From Asterias rubens (lineage: Eukaryota): a stretch of DNA of 63,852 nt. Below the pieces are notes generated by a model, which worked only from the letters and a program-made list of their open reading frames with translations, had not been told where the DNA came from and searched no databases. Below are positions 25,305-37,200 of the stretch, in pieces (within the stretch, counting starts at the first letter, position 1; the number at the start of each line of letters is the position of its first letter). The DNA lies in contig NW_022985694.1 in NCBI RefSeq assembly GCF_902459465.1, positions 310,001 to 373,852 of the forward strand, read 5' to 3'. The position numbers were made by a program, and so were the translations under genes.

Positions 25305-26153
25305 GCGTAAGGTATGGGTAGATTCAAAGCCAAGAGTTCCATCTTAATTGGGCAATATTATTAATTTTTATTTCATAAATCTATTCCTCATACCCCTGGC
25401 TATATCAGATTAGCGCCCCAGTGTTTGAAGTCTGCTAATTAGCTTAGCCCAATTAATTTAGTCAATGAAGAATATACGAATTTTTGTACTGTATGCGCTG
25501 TATGCGTAAGGTATGGGCAATTACAAAGCCAAGAGTTCCATCTTAATTGGAAAAATTTATTAATTTTTAGTTCATAAATCTATTCCTCATACCCCTGGCT
25601 ATATCAGATTAGCGCCCCAACTTGTTAAGTCTGCTAATTAGCTCAGCCCAATTAAATTAATCAGGGAAGATTTTACGAATTTGTGTACTTTTACGCTATA
25701 CTTATATAACAAGCGCGTAAGGTATGGGAAATTACAAAGCCAAGAGTTCCACCTTAATTGAAAAATATTATTATTTTTTATTTCATAAATCATACCCCTG
25801 GCTATATAAGCCCGGCGCCCAAAAGTGTTAAGTCTTCTTATTAGTTCAGCCCAATTGATTTAATAAGGGAAGAATTTACGAGTTTTTCTACTTTTTACGC
25901 TGTACATTATGCTATACACAAAGAACAAGCGTAAGATACGGGCAATTACAAAGCCAAGAGTTCCATATAAATTGGAAAATATTATTAATTTTTATTTCAT
26001 AAATCTGTTCCTCATACCCCTGGCTATATAAGCCCGACGCCCCAATGTGTTAAGTCTTCTAATTAGTTCAGCCCAATTAATTTAATAAGGGAAGAATTTA
26101 CGAGTTTTTCTACTTTTTACGCTGTACATTATGCTATACACAAAGAACAAGCG
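25305..26153 (+). repeat. ~220-bp satellite, left remnant (~4 monomers)
   Basis: Recurrent CAATTACAAAGCCAAGAGTTCC...CTCATACCCCTGGCTATAT...GCGCCCC units; same family as 58464-63852. Confidence 0.95.
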
Positions 26154-26159
26154 TACACT

Positions 26160-26490
26160 CTGAAAATTAATTAGTCAATTTGACTAAAAAAAAATAGTCC
26201 AGCGTCATGTCTGACACGACTAATTTTAAGTAGTCAAAAGTCTGAGCATGACTAAGGATTTAGTCAGAAATGTGACTAGTTTACATTAGTCCAGTGACTT
26301 GACTAAAAAGATGTCTCATACGACTAATGTTTAGTCCATCAACATTTTGGCTTAGTCCAGCGACTTTTTAGATTAGTCCAGCGACTTTTAATCTTGGTCC
26401 AGTACTTCACTTTAGGTCGTTCGTTGATTTGACTAATGGCATTAGTCAAAGCAACAATTTAAATCTTGACTAGTTGGCATCAGTCAGGAA
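26160..26490. repeat. Subterminal TTAGTC/GACTAA motif array (end A)
   Basis: Dense copies in both orientations. Equivalent arrays at ~31135-31370, ~39280-39600 and ~58210-58450. Confidence 0.85.
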
Positions 26491-27874
26491 TGTCTTCCCA
26501 CGTTCTTTTGATGTACCTGGACATTGTGTATTGTTGCATCATCAAACAAAAAATGGAAAATTGTTCATCCAAAAACAAAATCATTTTCTAAACTGTTTTC
26601 CATGAAAGAAACCATTTAGAATTTAAGATGGATTATAAATTAAAATCTTACTAGAAAGTATACTTCGACAACTTTATACATTCTGAAAATTCTTTAATTC
26701 AAATTTAATCTCAACAAGGCATAACTAATACAATGGTGACTCAAAGTTCATTGAACTCCACACAATTTATAAATAAATAATGTGATAAAATTGCTTGTTT
26801 AAAATTAGCACACTCATTTACCCTTTACTTTCTCAAAAGAGGGTTCTTGAACCCCTACAGTTTCCCTTCAATTTTATTTATCTGCTAAAAATTCCTTCAA
26901 ATATACAAGATGACATTTAAAAAAACAGAGGGTTTTTGCCCAATGTTTATGACTGTATATATTTTCTCCATATTTGTCATATTTTTGTCCAAATGACATT
27001 ACATTTGGCAGATCTGGGGTTATTATAATCAAGAACATCATTGTTTTTAACTGGGGGTCACCGTTGCCAGGTACAACTGCTACTTTTTGAGAAAAAGCTC
27101 CATTGACACTAATTTAAATTTACATCCCTACATCTTTTATGCAAACATTTCAGTCTATTCAAAATGCATTTTTTTCTTAACACAAATGATGCCCAATGAT
27201 GTAAGAATTATGATGTTCAAACTGAGATTATCAAATGGCTATAAGAGATAATGACATCCTGAATCACACGTGTTGTAAAAACATGGATATAATGCCTCTG
27301 TTCACAACAATATTCAAGGAAAACTATTTACTTTCCTATGTTTCAGGTTACCCCCCCCCCCTCCCTATTTAAGAAGAAAACTTCCAACGAACACTGGAAT
27401 AATACAACAACTGTCAAGTCAATATTTTGCCAGAGGCCCATTCACTATTCCAAAGGCACCCTGTCAAAACTATTTGAAGTGAATTGTCACAAGTAAGATT
27501 TAATTCTTAGGGTAAAGGTACGATACAGGATTGGCTTTTGGTTGGATGCATTCAATTCAATTACATCTTAAAACAAACTTGTGATTTGTATCAAAATCGT
27601 TATTAATGTTATAGAGAAATCAATGAACAATGGTTATTTTGTACACATATGGTCAATTTGGGTTGTTAACAAACAAAATCAGATGTTGTTTGTTTTTAGA
27701 TTATCAGGTAGTTTTTTCGAATATGCCCTTATTTCAGGGGGAAACATTTCACAGTCCTAGTACTAACTTCATAACCATTAAGCTTTCAAACAGAAATTCA
27801 ACAATTAAAGTATTTGAGTGATCCTTATCAATCCTGTAATGTACCTTTAAGAAGAATATTCAGTTTATCTTAAC

Positions 27875-28240
27875 AAGACATAATGCTTTGATCAAGAGGA
27901 ACATGCTAATTAAGTGAAATGCAGTTTAACTTGGTTTATTTTAGTAAGACACAATACTTTGAGAGGAACATACTAAGTCAAATGCAGTAAAACTTGTTCA
28001 TAGTAAGACATAATGCGTTTATCAAGAGGAAAAATACTGATGAGTCAAATGCAGCTTAACTTGGTTTACTTTAGTATAAACACACAATGATCTGATCGAG
28101 GGGAACATACTGAGTCAAATGCAGTATATGTACATGTAACTTGTTTATCTAGTAAGACACAATGCTTTGATCAAGAGGAACTACTGAGTCAAATGCAGTT
28201 ACTTGGTTTATGTTAGTAACACATTGCTTTAACCAAGAAA
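27875..28240 (+). repeat. Degenerate ~60-bp tandem repeat (~6 copies); mirrored at ~37515-37880
   Basis: AGTAAGACACAATGCTTTGATCAAGAGGAACATACTGAGTCAAATGCAG-like units. Confidence 0.8.
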
Positions 28241-28251
28241 AATGGTCACAG

Positions 28252-31200
28252 TCAAATGTACCTATTCAGTTTGTCCAGGCAAGATATAACACTGCGGTCG
28301 AGAGGAATATTGTCTTGGATGTTCAGGACAATTTTCTGGAAAAAAGACAAAGTTTTCCTGAGGCATGTGGGATAAGCCAAATTGAAAACATAAAAGCTGG
28401 CTAAATACACTTTCACCGATGTCAGGAGACAAGTGGAGCTGCTGACAGCCAACCCATCAATGATCACGTCAAATGAAGTGCAGTCCTCAAGTCTGTTGTC
28501 ATTACCCTCAATGACAGGCCAAGCTGTCCCCTGTATATGAAAAAATAAATACTTTTAATTAGGGAATAACAGTGTGTTAATTAGGGAATAACAGTGTGAG
28601 GACCTGGTCTTCACTGTGTGGTAATGACCGGGTTGGTGGCTGGCTGTTGTTAATGGACCAAGCCAAAAGCGATTTTCATTAACAGCGGCCATGGTCATTA
28701 CTACCCAGTGAAGACCAGGTCCTCACACTGTTGTTCCCATGAATTAATACCTTTACTGTGAATTTTCACTTGTTCCACAGAACTTGTCTTTACATCACAT
28801 TTTAATACACCCCAACGTGACCACTCTTCGACCAATCACAGTGCATATACTCTCTCTGAGGAGTTTATTAATTCAAAACAACACAAATTGGCCATTGGTA
28901 TGTTGCAGATGCAATTTCAAAAACCCTCATCAGTTTATGAGTATATAAAATGAGACTGCCTCATGCATAGTGTAGGATAAATGGTGGTCCAAGGTCCAAA
29001 TAATGTATTCTTCACTTTTGTTTGTTCAGCCAAAAGTGAATTGTAACCGAAGGTGAATTTGAGAGTTTGTATATCAGTCATTCAAAAATTATCAATGTCT
29101 TTCTTTTCTTGAGTTCAAGTCTTTGTCTTGCGTTTGAGTTGAGTCCAAGTTAAGTCCATGAAGTTGAGTGTTAATTCAACCCAACATGTGACAAATTAAT
29201 ACAAGTTATAATTCAAGTCATGAGTAAGTCAATTAAGAGTTTTGGATTTGATCATTCATTCATAAATATCCCAGACAGTTTCGCTATTCCCAATGGAGAG
29301 CATGTCACATGGGGGTGTTTTTATGTCTGAGCTGGACTTGTTTAAGACCGGTTGGCTAACGCGTGTTAAGCACTCATAGCCACACGCCTACCTTAATGAC
29401 GCAATGCTGACATAAACCATGCCCATTCAAACTTGGCCCTTTATTGCATGGACATGACCCTGCCAGTCTTAAAGGGTCATTTAAGACCTCACTACCACTC
29501 TTTTATTCCCTTATTTAAAAAGCAGAGATGCATCACAAAAACAAGAAACAGAGATGCACTCAATTGTTTAAGTCTACTGGTTAATTATACTGTGTGGAAT
29601 ATGCGCATGCTTATTCAACCAATAGACCATGTTCTTTTGAGTGTTATTGTTTCTTGTTACGGCTGCAGTGTGAGCAACCCTTTACTTACCCCATCTTCAT
29701 CACCCAGAATCAACATATTGCAGATTTTTTCTTTTAGTGTACATGGGATGCCAAGGATGGCAGCAATACTGATAGCTTCTGTAAAAAATGCAGAAAAACA
29801 TACTTATTTTAAAGAATGTTATTCTAGAATGTTAAAGGACTTCCTCGTCTCTGGCTTGGTCCTTCATCACCTTGTCACATGACTGTTATAAAACCCTGCA
29901 ATATAAGAAACAGTTTTCCTATGCTAATTACAGGAGGTCCAGTTGACAACTGGCTCTGTATATAAATGAAACGAATACACAGCGCATGGATTGGGGGTGG
30001 GTGCTAAACTGCATTTTCCTTCAGTTTCATTTGTAGCTGAATGGCATCCCCATGGGTCACTTGAAATTGTTTTCACACCATGACAAAAAGTGCCAGTCAT
30101 TAACATGCTCTGTACAAATGAATATGCAGTTCTACGCTCCATTACACAACACGCAGCTTCATAAAGGTATGAGGCTTTAGGACTGAGGGTCACATGTGGT
30201 TGTAGGTTACACACCTGTACGACTCTTTTCATTCCGTTGGTGACTAATAATGTCCAAGGCCTGCTTGAAACATGCTGCTGGATTTTTGACACCACTGACA
30301 AGCCTGTTGACTGCATTGCCATACTTCATCATACCTGCATCAAAGAGCTGATTGATGGTCTCTTCTCCAGATCGCAGACGATTGAATTCTACCAGTATCT
30401 GTCGGTGTCAATAAAGTTATGAATTACTTGACCTGTATATCTGCATGTGTTAGGATGGCAATGGCCTTTTTTTTGTGCATGCCCTCAAGTATTTGCAAAG
30501 TGTTTGTGATTCTTCTTGTTTGCGCCTGTGTATTTGATATCAAAAGTTGTAATAAATAAATTTGAATTTACCAAAACATGTACTACAGGTTTTTTATTGG
30601 GGGTAGTGTGACCTTTCACCCTACCACCTGCTCAAATCCTAACGGGTGAACTAACTAACTCTTCCTTTGGACTATTTTTGGTACACCTCACACAAACCAC
30701 TTTTGCCATATGTGTTAGCTCTAACTAGGTGTCATTCATACTAAGTCTCGACCAATTAAACAAATGAGATTTTTTCAATGAAAAGTAAAAGTCAATGAAG
30801 TAGAAGTCGGTTAGTTTCCTTCTTCTCTTAAAGTTAAGAGTCACCTGTACACTTGACATGTATGTTGCCAAGTTTAAAAACAAACTTGATCATCTTGATA
30901 GAGGTGAATAAGGGCTTCTTAAAAATAAAAATAAAATAAAAAAGACGAGATGCCTGCCAAACAAGCATTTAAGTTTACAATGGCCACCAAAACAAATATA
31001 ATCATGAATAATGATCGTCGTGCACACAGAGAGGGCAAAGCAGGCTGGTGAAACAAAGTTTGGCTACGTTGATGTGTTTATGAGATTCATGTCCATTAAT
31101 GTAATAACAGAAATAATGTACACTGTAAAAAATAGTTAGTAAATCTTGCTTATAAATTGGTCAAAATGACTAAGTTTGCCTAGTCCTGTGTCTCTGACTA

Positions 31201-34200
31201 ATGTAATGTTAGCCTGACTAATCTTATATTTGCTGTGACTAATCACTATAAGTCAGAACTTTAACCCGTGACTAGAATTTTGTTTGGACTAAAACGATTT
31301 AGTCAAAATGTCGGGTTTTGACTAATTTTGACTGGTATGAAGCTACGGTGCTTTGACTAAGTAAGATTGGTCATGTTCCCGCCTTCCCAACATTTTAGAT
31401 GTGGGAAAAATATAAATTGCCCGCGAATTAGCAGGATGCTGGTACCCGGCGGCAACGTCAATGTATAGTTAGTGTGTAACTTGGGTTTTTAGCTTGTACC
31501 CGTTAACTTGCAAACTGCAGCTAGCATGCAGGGCGTACATGATACTCTCCCGTTCGGCGTGTGTGATACATACACTTCACAGGGCAAGGAGGCTCAATCC
31601 AGGCTCCGACCAGTTTCAGAAATAAGGTGAGAATATTGGTTTTCCCGTTACATTTTTAAAACCGTAACATACTTAGCCAGAGGGAGACCGTTACATTGAC
31701 GTTAGTCTACAATCATATTGTGGAAAAGCTTTTAGTGTTTTTGGCCACAGAACTCTAGGTGCATAGGCCAGCACTTAACGGCGGCTAGGCCTTGCATTAC
31801 GTGTCAAAATGGAGCATGCAGGCGAAGTTTATCAGGTAGATTCAAGTTTAAAATCTCTGATTTTCACCCTATAATTAATATTGCCAGACTGAGAATTTAA
31901 TGTAGAACACTTTATTGTAAAGTTTGTATATTTTCAAGATATAGCGACTGTAAAAGGACGAAACAAAAAAGCTTGTTTAGCATGTTGTTGTTTTTCCAGT
32001 GGGGCTACGGGCGTGTGTATAGTGTACGTGTGTGTACACAAACGATGGTCCTAATCATTGTAGTTTGTATGCAATGCATGCCCTTGCTTTAGGCTTTACT
32101 GCACGACACATGATGTGCAAGGCCTAGTCGGTTAATGTTTAAATCAACCCATGCTATATTATAATATTATGGGGATGGTCAAAGCTTATTATTTATTGGC
32201 CATCATAAAGTGCGGTCCTAAATGTCTTCCAATCAGCAAGGACTTTACATTTAAAAATAAGTTCATATTCATAACTAACTTGAATTTGAAAACATGGGCA
32301 TTAAAGTTTCCATGTAACAAACGTAGGCCTAACGACAAGTAACAAGTAATAACGGTAGCATGTTCGGAAAATCAAGTGTACCAAGCGATGGAATGTAGTT
32401 ATCGCAACTCTATAGTCCATCAGCCCCAAATTTTGGACTATCAAGTTAAGACTTATAATGTAGCAACTAACGAGGACAAGGTATAATTCTTTAAATGTTT
32501 ACTGAAGCACAAAGTATTGATACTTTTATGTTGCACCTCATAATTTTTTTAATGATTTAGTTGTAAAAAATCATTTTATACATTCCATTGTACACATGAT
32601 TTATTTCCTTTAAAAAATAAGGCTTCAGGAATGCCAACAAAAATAGGTCACTTGCTGACAATGGCTGGATTCTCAATGTGACATCATCTTACATGTTTCC
32701 TGAGCTATTCCAGAAAACAATTGTTCTGAAATGGGGTCTGTCAAATGAATGACAAATATGTGTTTTTTCTTTTAACAAACTCACTCAATTCTGTTCAATG
32801 AATGTGAGGTCATGTTGAGAATCTAGCCATGTCAAAAAGTGACCTATTTAGGAGTTCATGAAGACAATTATTTTTAAAGGAAATAAATCATTTAAAATTA
32901 CACAGGGATGCACAAGACTTTTTTCCAACTTAATCATTTAAAAACAATATAAGGTGCAATATCAAAGCATCATACTTTGTATTTCAGTAAACCTTTAAAT
33001 ATATGTAATAATTGCATCATGGGAAATGAGTAAAACAAATGTCTTGCCCTACACCGATGTGATAAGCACTGTATACTCAGGAGCTTTCAAGTCCTGGGGA
33101 AAAAGTTCCACAGGCAACTCAGGTGGGTTTCGAACCCACGACTTAACCACTAGACCACTGAGCAAGGCGGATCCAGTATTATTTGCAGTGGGTACCGGGC
33201 TTGGTGGTCTAGACATCTGCTGTAGTCACGCAGGAGTCATAGGTTCGAATCCTGACAAGGGCCCAATTTCATAAAGCTGTTTACCGGTAAGCACATTTTT
33301 GTGCTTACTGTTGCAGAAAAATGTGCTCAAGCATACATATGTAAACGTATTTCATTCACCATGATTTCTCAAGTTAGCAGAAAATTTCGCAGCGCGCATG
33401 CACGTTCACCATGGATTTGCATTGTTACGTCACTCATGTGCTAACAGCGGGTTAGCCAGCATTTACCCTTGCTTACGATAAACAGCTTTATGAAATAGAA
33501 ATTCTGCTGAGGGAACTGCTGCTTACATCTTTTATGAAATTGGGACCATGTTGCCTGTGGAATTTTTTATCCGCAAGACTCGAAAGCACTGAATATATAT
33601 TCAGTGCTTATCACATCGGTGTAGGGCAAAACAAAATTTTAAGGCATCATCTATACTCACACCACACTGAATATTTGTTCCTTTTTAGCACAATTATAAG
33701 CCACAGACTTCACAGAACTTGGAGAGAAAATATTTTGACAACCATCTCCACTGAGTGGGGATTGTTTTATGCAAAAAATAATAACCATCAGAACTGTGAG
33801 CTCTTTTGTTTTGTTTACAGCTTAGCTTGCTTAATTGTATGTTCTGATTGGTTGCCATTCAAGTTCTAAATATAAAACAGCACCTGTAACTCAAATGCGG
33901 GACAATACATCTTTCAAACATTGTCTTTTTAAAATCCATCCTGTAGATTTAAATAGATAAGATGTTTCATTTAAGATTTTCTGTTATTTTGAATACTTTT
34001 ATTTAATAGTAAAGTTGTAGGTTTTGCTATATTTCCGTTGTAGTCTGAGCAGCTTTGTCCTGTGAGAAACCCATTTCATCATCAGCAGCATGTCTTGGAA
34101 GGCAAGGTTAGTTTCTAATTTTTGTTATTCTCTAAACCGCCAAGATTTGAATTTGGCTTATGGGTCATTCCATGTCAGTTCAACAGGCTTTTGGACCTGA

Positions 34201-37200
34201 CCTTCACGGATCGACACAAAATTTGGTGTGCTGATTTGACTTACTGAGAAACCCCCAGAACTGAATTTTTATGTCATTCAGATAATTACTTTTTGAGATA
34301 CAGGTTAACAAACTTTTGACTAATTAGCTTGACCCTCTATGTTTGGACAACCATATCTCCAAAAGTAAAGCACCCACATAACACTTTCCACTATTTTAAA
34401 GCTCTTGACGGAGAAAAAAATTCCACTTAGCATTTAACAAAATTACGCACAATTTTTTGGGGGGTGGGGGGGGGGCATGTGGGGGCAAAGATTTTACTTT
34501 TGGGGCCCAAGAAGTGCAAGCCATTTAATATGTTACTTGATTTACACATTTTAAAAAAACATTTTTTATGATTTCAATGAGGGTTGGGGGGGGGGGGGGA
34601 GGAGGAGGGGGTGGAGGCCGCCCTGCCCCCACCCCTTCTAATTATGCCACTGCACATGAGTCATGTCATGGGACATGTTTTTAAAGTACAGTACTAACTA
34701 TTATAGGCCTACTGTATACACGTGTACATGATGTACGTGTACATGATGTACGTGTACATGATGTACGTGTACATGATGTACATGTACAGCTGTATACATG
34801 TATGTACACCTGCATATGTACATTCATTTAAAGTTTTTAACCTTTATAGCCTGTGTTCATATTATCATAACTCCAAAACTGTAAGAGTGCCCATCCTAAA
34901 TTTTTCTGAAAATGTTGCTTATATCATGAGCTAACAATGAAAAAATTACGCATTTTGAAAACTATACATTTTCGCAATCAAGGGCAAATGTCACATTTGT
35001 GCGTAATTTTGTTGTGCTACGTGGAATTTTTTCTCCTTATTTTATTAAATGAAGGCCATGTCAAGAGCTTTAAAATAGTGGAAAATTTATTTATGTGGGT
35101 GCTTTACTTTTGGAGATATGGTTGTCCAAACATAGAGGGTCAAGCTAATTAGTCAAAAGTTTGTTAAGCTGTATCTCAAAAAGTAATTATCTGAATGACA
35201 TAAAATGTCTGTTCTGGTGGTTTCTCAATAAGTCCATTCAGCACACCAAGTAACGTTTCAATCTGTGTTGGTCAAGTCCAAAAGCGTGTTGAATTGACAC
35301 GGAATGACCTATTGTCATGTTTTGATAACCATCTCTAAAAATAAAACACCTAGGGGCCTACAGTGATAATTTTTACACCAGTTTAAAGCTCTTAATATGT
35401 CCCAGATTTCATAAAAACTAAATCAACATTATATTATGTACCACAAAAACATTAATTACGCAAAAAAATTACATTTGACCTTGATTAGCAAGGTCATTTT
35501 TTTTATATGTATAATTTTTATCTCAATGTTAGCTTAAGATGTACATTAGCAATATTTCTAGAAAAGGTTGGGATGGGCACGCGCACAGTTTGAATTATGA
35601 TTATTTGAACAATGGCGGTTAAGGATGAAAACTTAAAAAGTATGTACATATGCGTGTGCTTATTATGTGCATGTATAATAATGTACATGTGTAAAAATAT
35701 TACCTTTGACCTTGATTAGCAAAATGCATTTTTCAAAAGGCATAATTTTTATCTCATTGTTAACAATATTTCTAGAAAAAAACTGAACAATATGTCAAAC
35801 TGAACAATATGTCAAAAAATTATGACATACAATTTTAATTATCAATTTTGTTTTCAAAGTCCTTTAAAAGCAGTCATGTGACAAGGTGATGAAGGACCAA
35901 GCCAGAGACGAGGAAGTCCTTTAACATTCTAGAATAACATTCTTTAAAATAAGTATGTTTTTCTGCATTTTTTACAGAAGCTATCAGTATTGCTGCCATC
36001 CTTGGCATCCCATGTACACTAAAAGAAAAAATCTGCAATATGTTGATTCTGGGTGATGAAGATGGGGTAAGTAAAGGGTTGCTCACACTGCAGCCGTAAC
36101 AAGAAACAATAACACTCAAAAGAACATGGTCTATTGGTTGAATAAGCATGCGCATATTCCACACAGTATAATTAACCAGTAGACTTAAACAATTGAGTGC
36201 ATCTCTGTTTCTTGTTTTTGTGATGCATCTCTGCTTTTTAAATAAGGGAATAAAAGAGTGGTAGTGAGGTCTTAAATGACCCTTTAAGACTGGCAGGGTC
36301 ATGTCCATGCAATAAAGGGCCAAGTTTGAATGGGCATGGTTTATGTCAGCATTGCGTCATTAAGGTAGGCGTGTGGCTATGAGTGCTTAACACGCGTTAG
36401 CCAACCGGTCTAAAACAAGTCCAGCTCAGACATAAAAACACCCCCATGTGACATGCTCTCCATTGGGAATAGCGAAACTGTCTGGGATATTTATGAATGA
36501 ATGATCAAATCCAAAACTCTTAATTGACTTACTCATGACTTGAATTATAACTTGTATTAATTTGTCACATGTTGGGTTGAATTAACACTCAACTTCATGG
36601 ACTTAACTTGGACTCAACTCAAACGCAAGACAAAGACTTGAACTCAAGAAAAGAAAGACATTGATAATTTTTGAATGACTGATATACAAACTCTCAAATT
36701 CACCTTCGGTTACAATTCACTTTTGGCTGAACAAACAAAAGTGAAGAATACATTATTTGGACCTTGGACCACCATTTATCCTACACTATGCATGAGGCAG
36801 TCTCATTTTATATACTCATAAACTGATGAGGGTTTTTGAAATTGCATCTGCAACATACCAATGGCCAATTTGTGTTGTTTTGAATTAATAAACTCCTCAG
36901 AGAGAGTATATGCACTGTGATTGGTCGAAGAGTGGTCACGTTGGGGTGTATTAAAATGTGATGTAAAGACAAGTTCTGTGGAACAAGTGAAAATTCACAG
37001 TAAAGGTATTAATTCATGGGAACAACAGTGTGAGGACCTGGTCTTCACTGGGTAGTAATGACCATGGCCGCTGTTAATGAAAATCGCTTTTGGCTTGGTC
37101 CATTAACAACAGCCAGCCACCAACCCGGTCATTACCACACAGTGAAGACCAGGTCCTCACACTGTTATTCCCTAATTAACACACTGTTATTCCCTAATTA

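Noticed and set aside
29433-29882. 149-aa ORF present twice with identical sequence (also 35874-36323)
   Set aside because: The duplication is explained by the inverted arms; the ORF is antisense to SAMD3-like exon 7 and its introns.
33085-33260. tRNA genes (also 40840-40865, 10170-10200 and 56320-56470)
   Set aside because: Only A/B boxes are present with no full cloverleaf, and they are embedded in SINE or foldback repeats.
34722-34934. MYMMYVY repeat ORF (also 54645-54857)
   Set aside because: Translation of a 15-bp tandem repeat; no evidence of coding.
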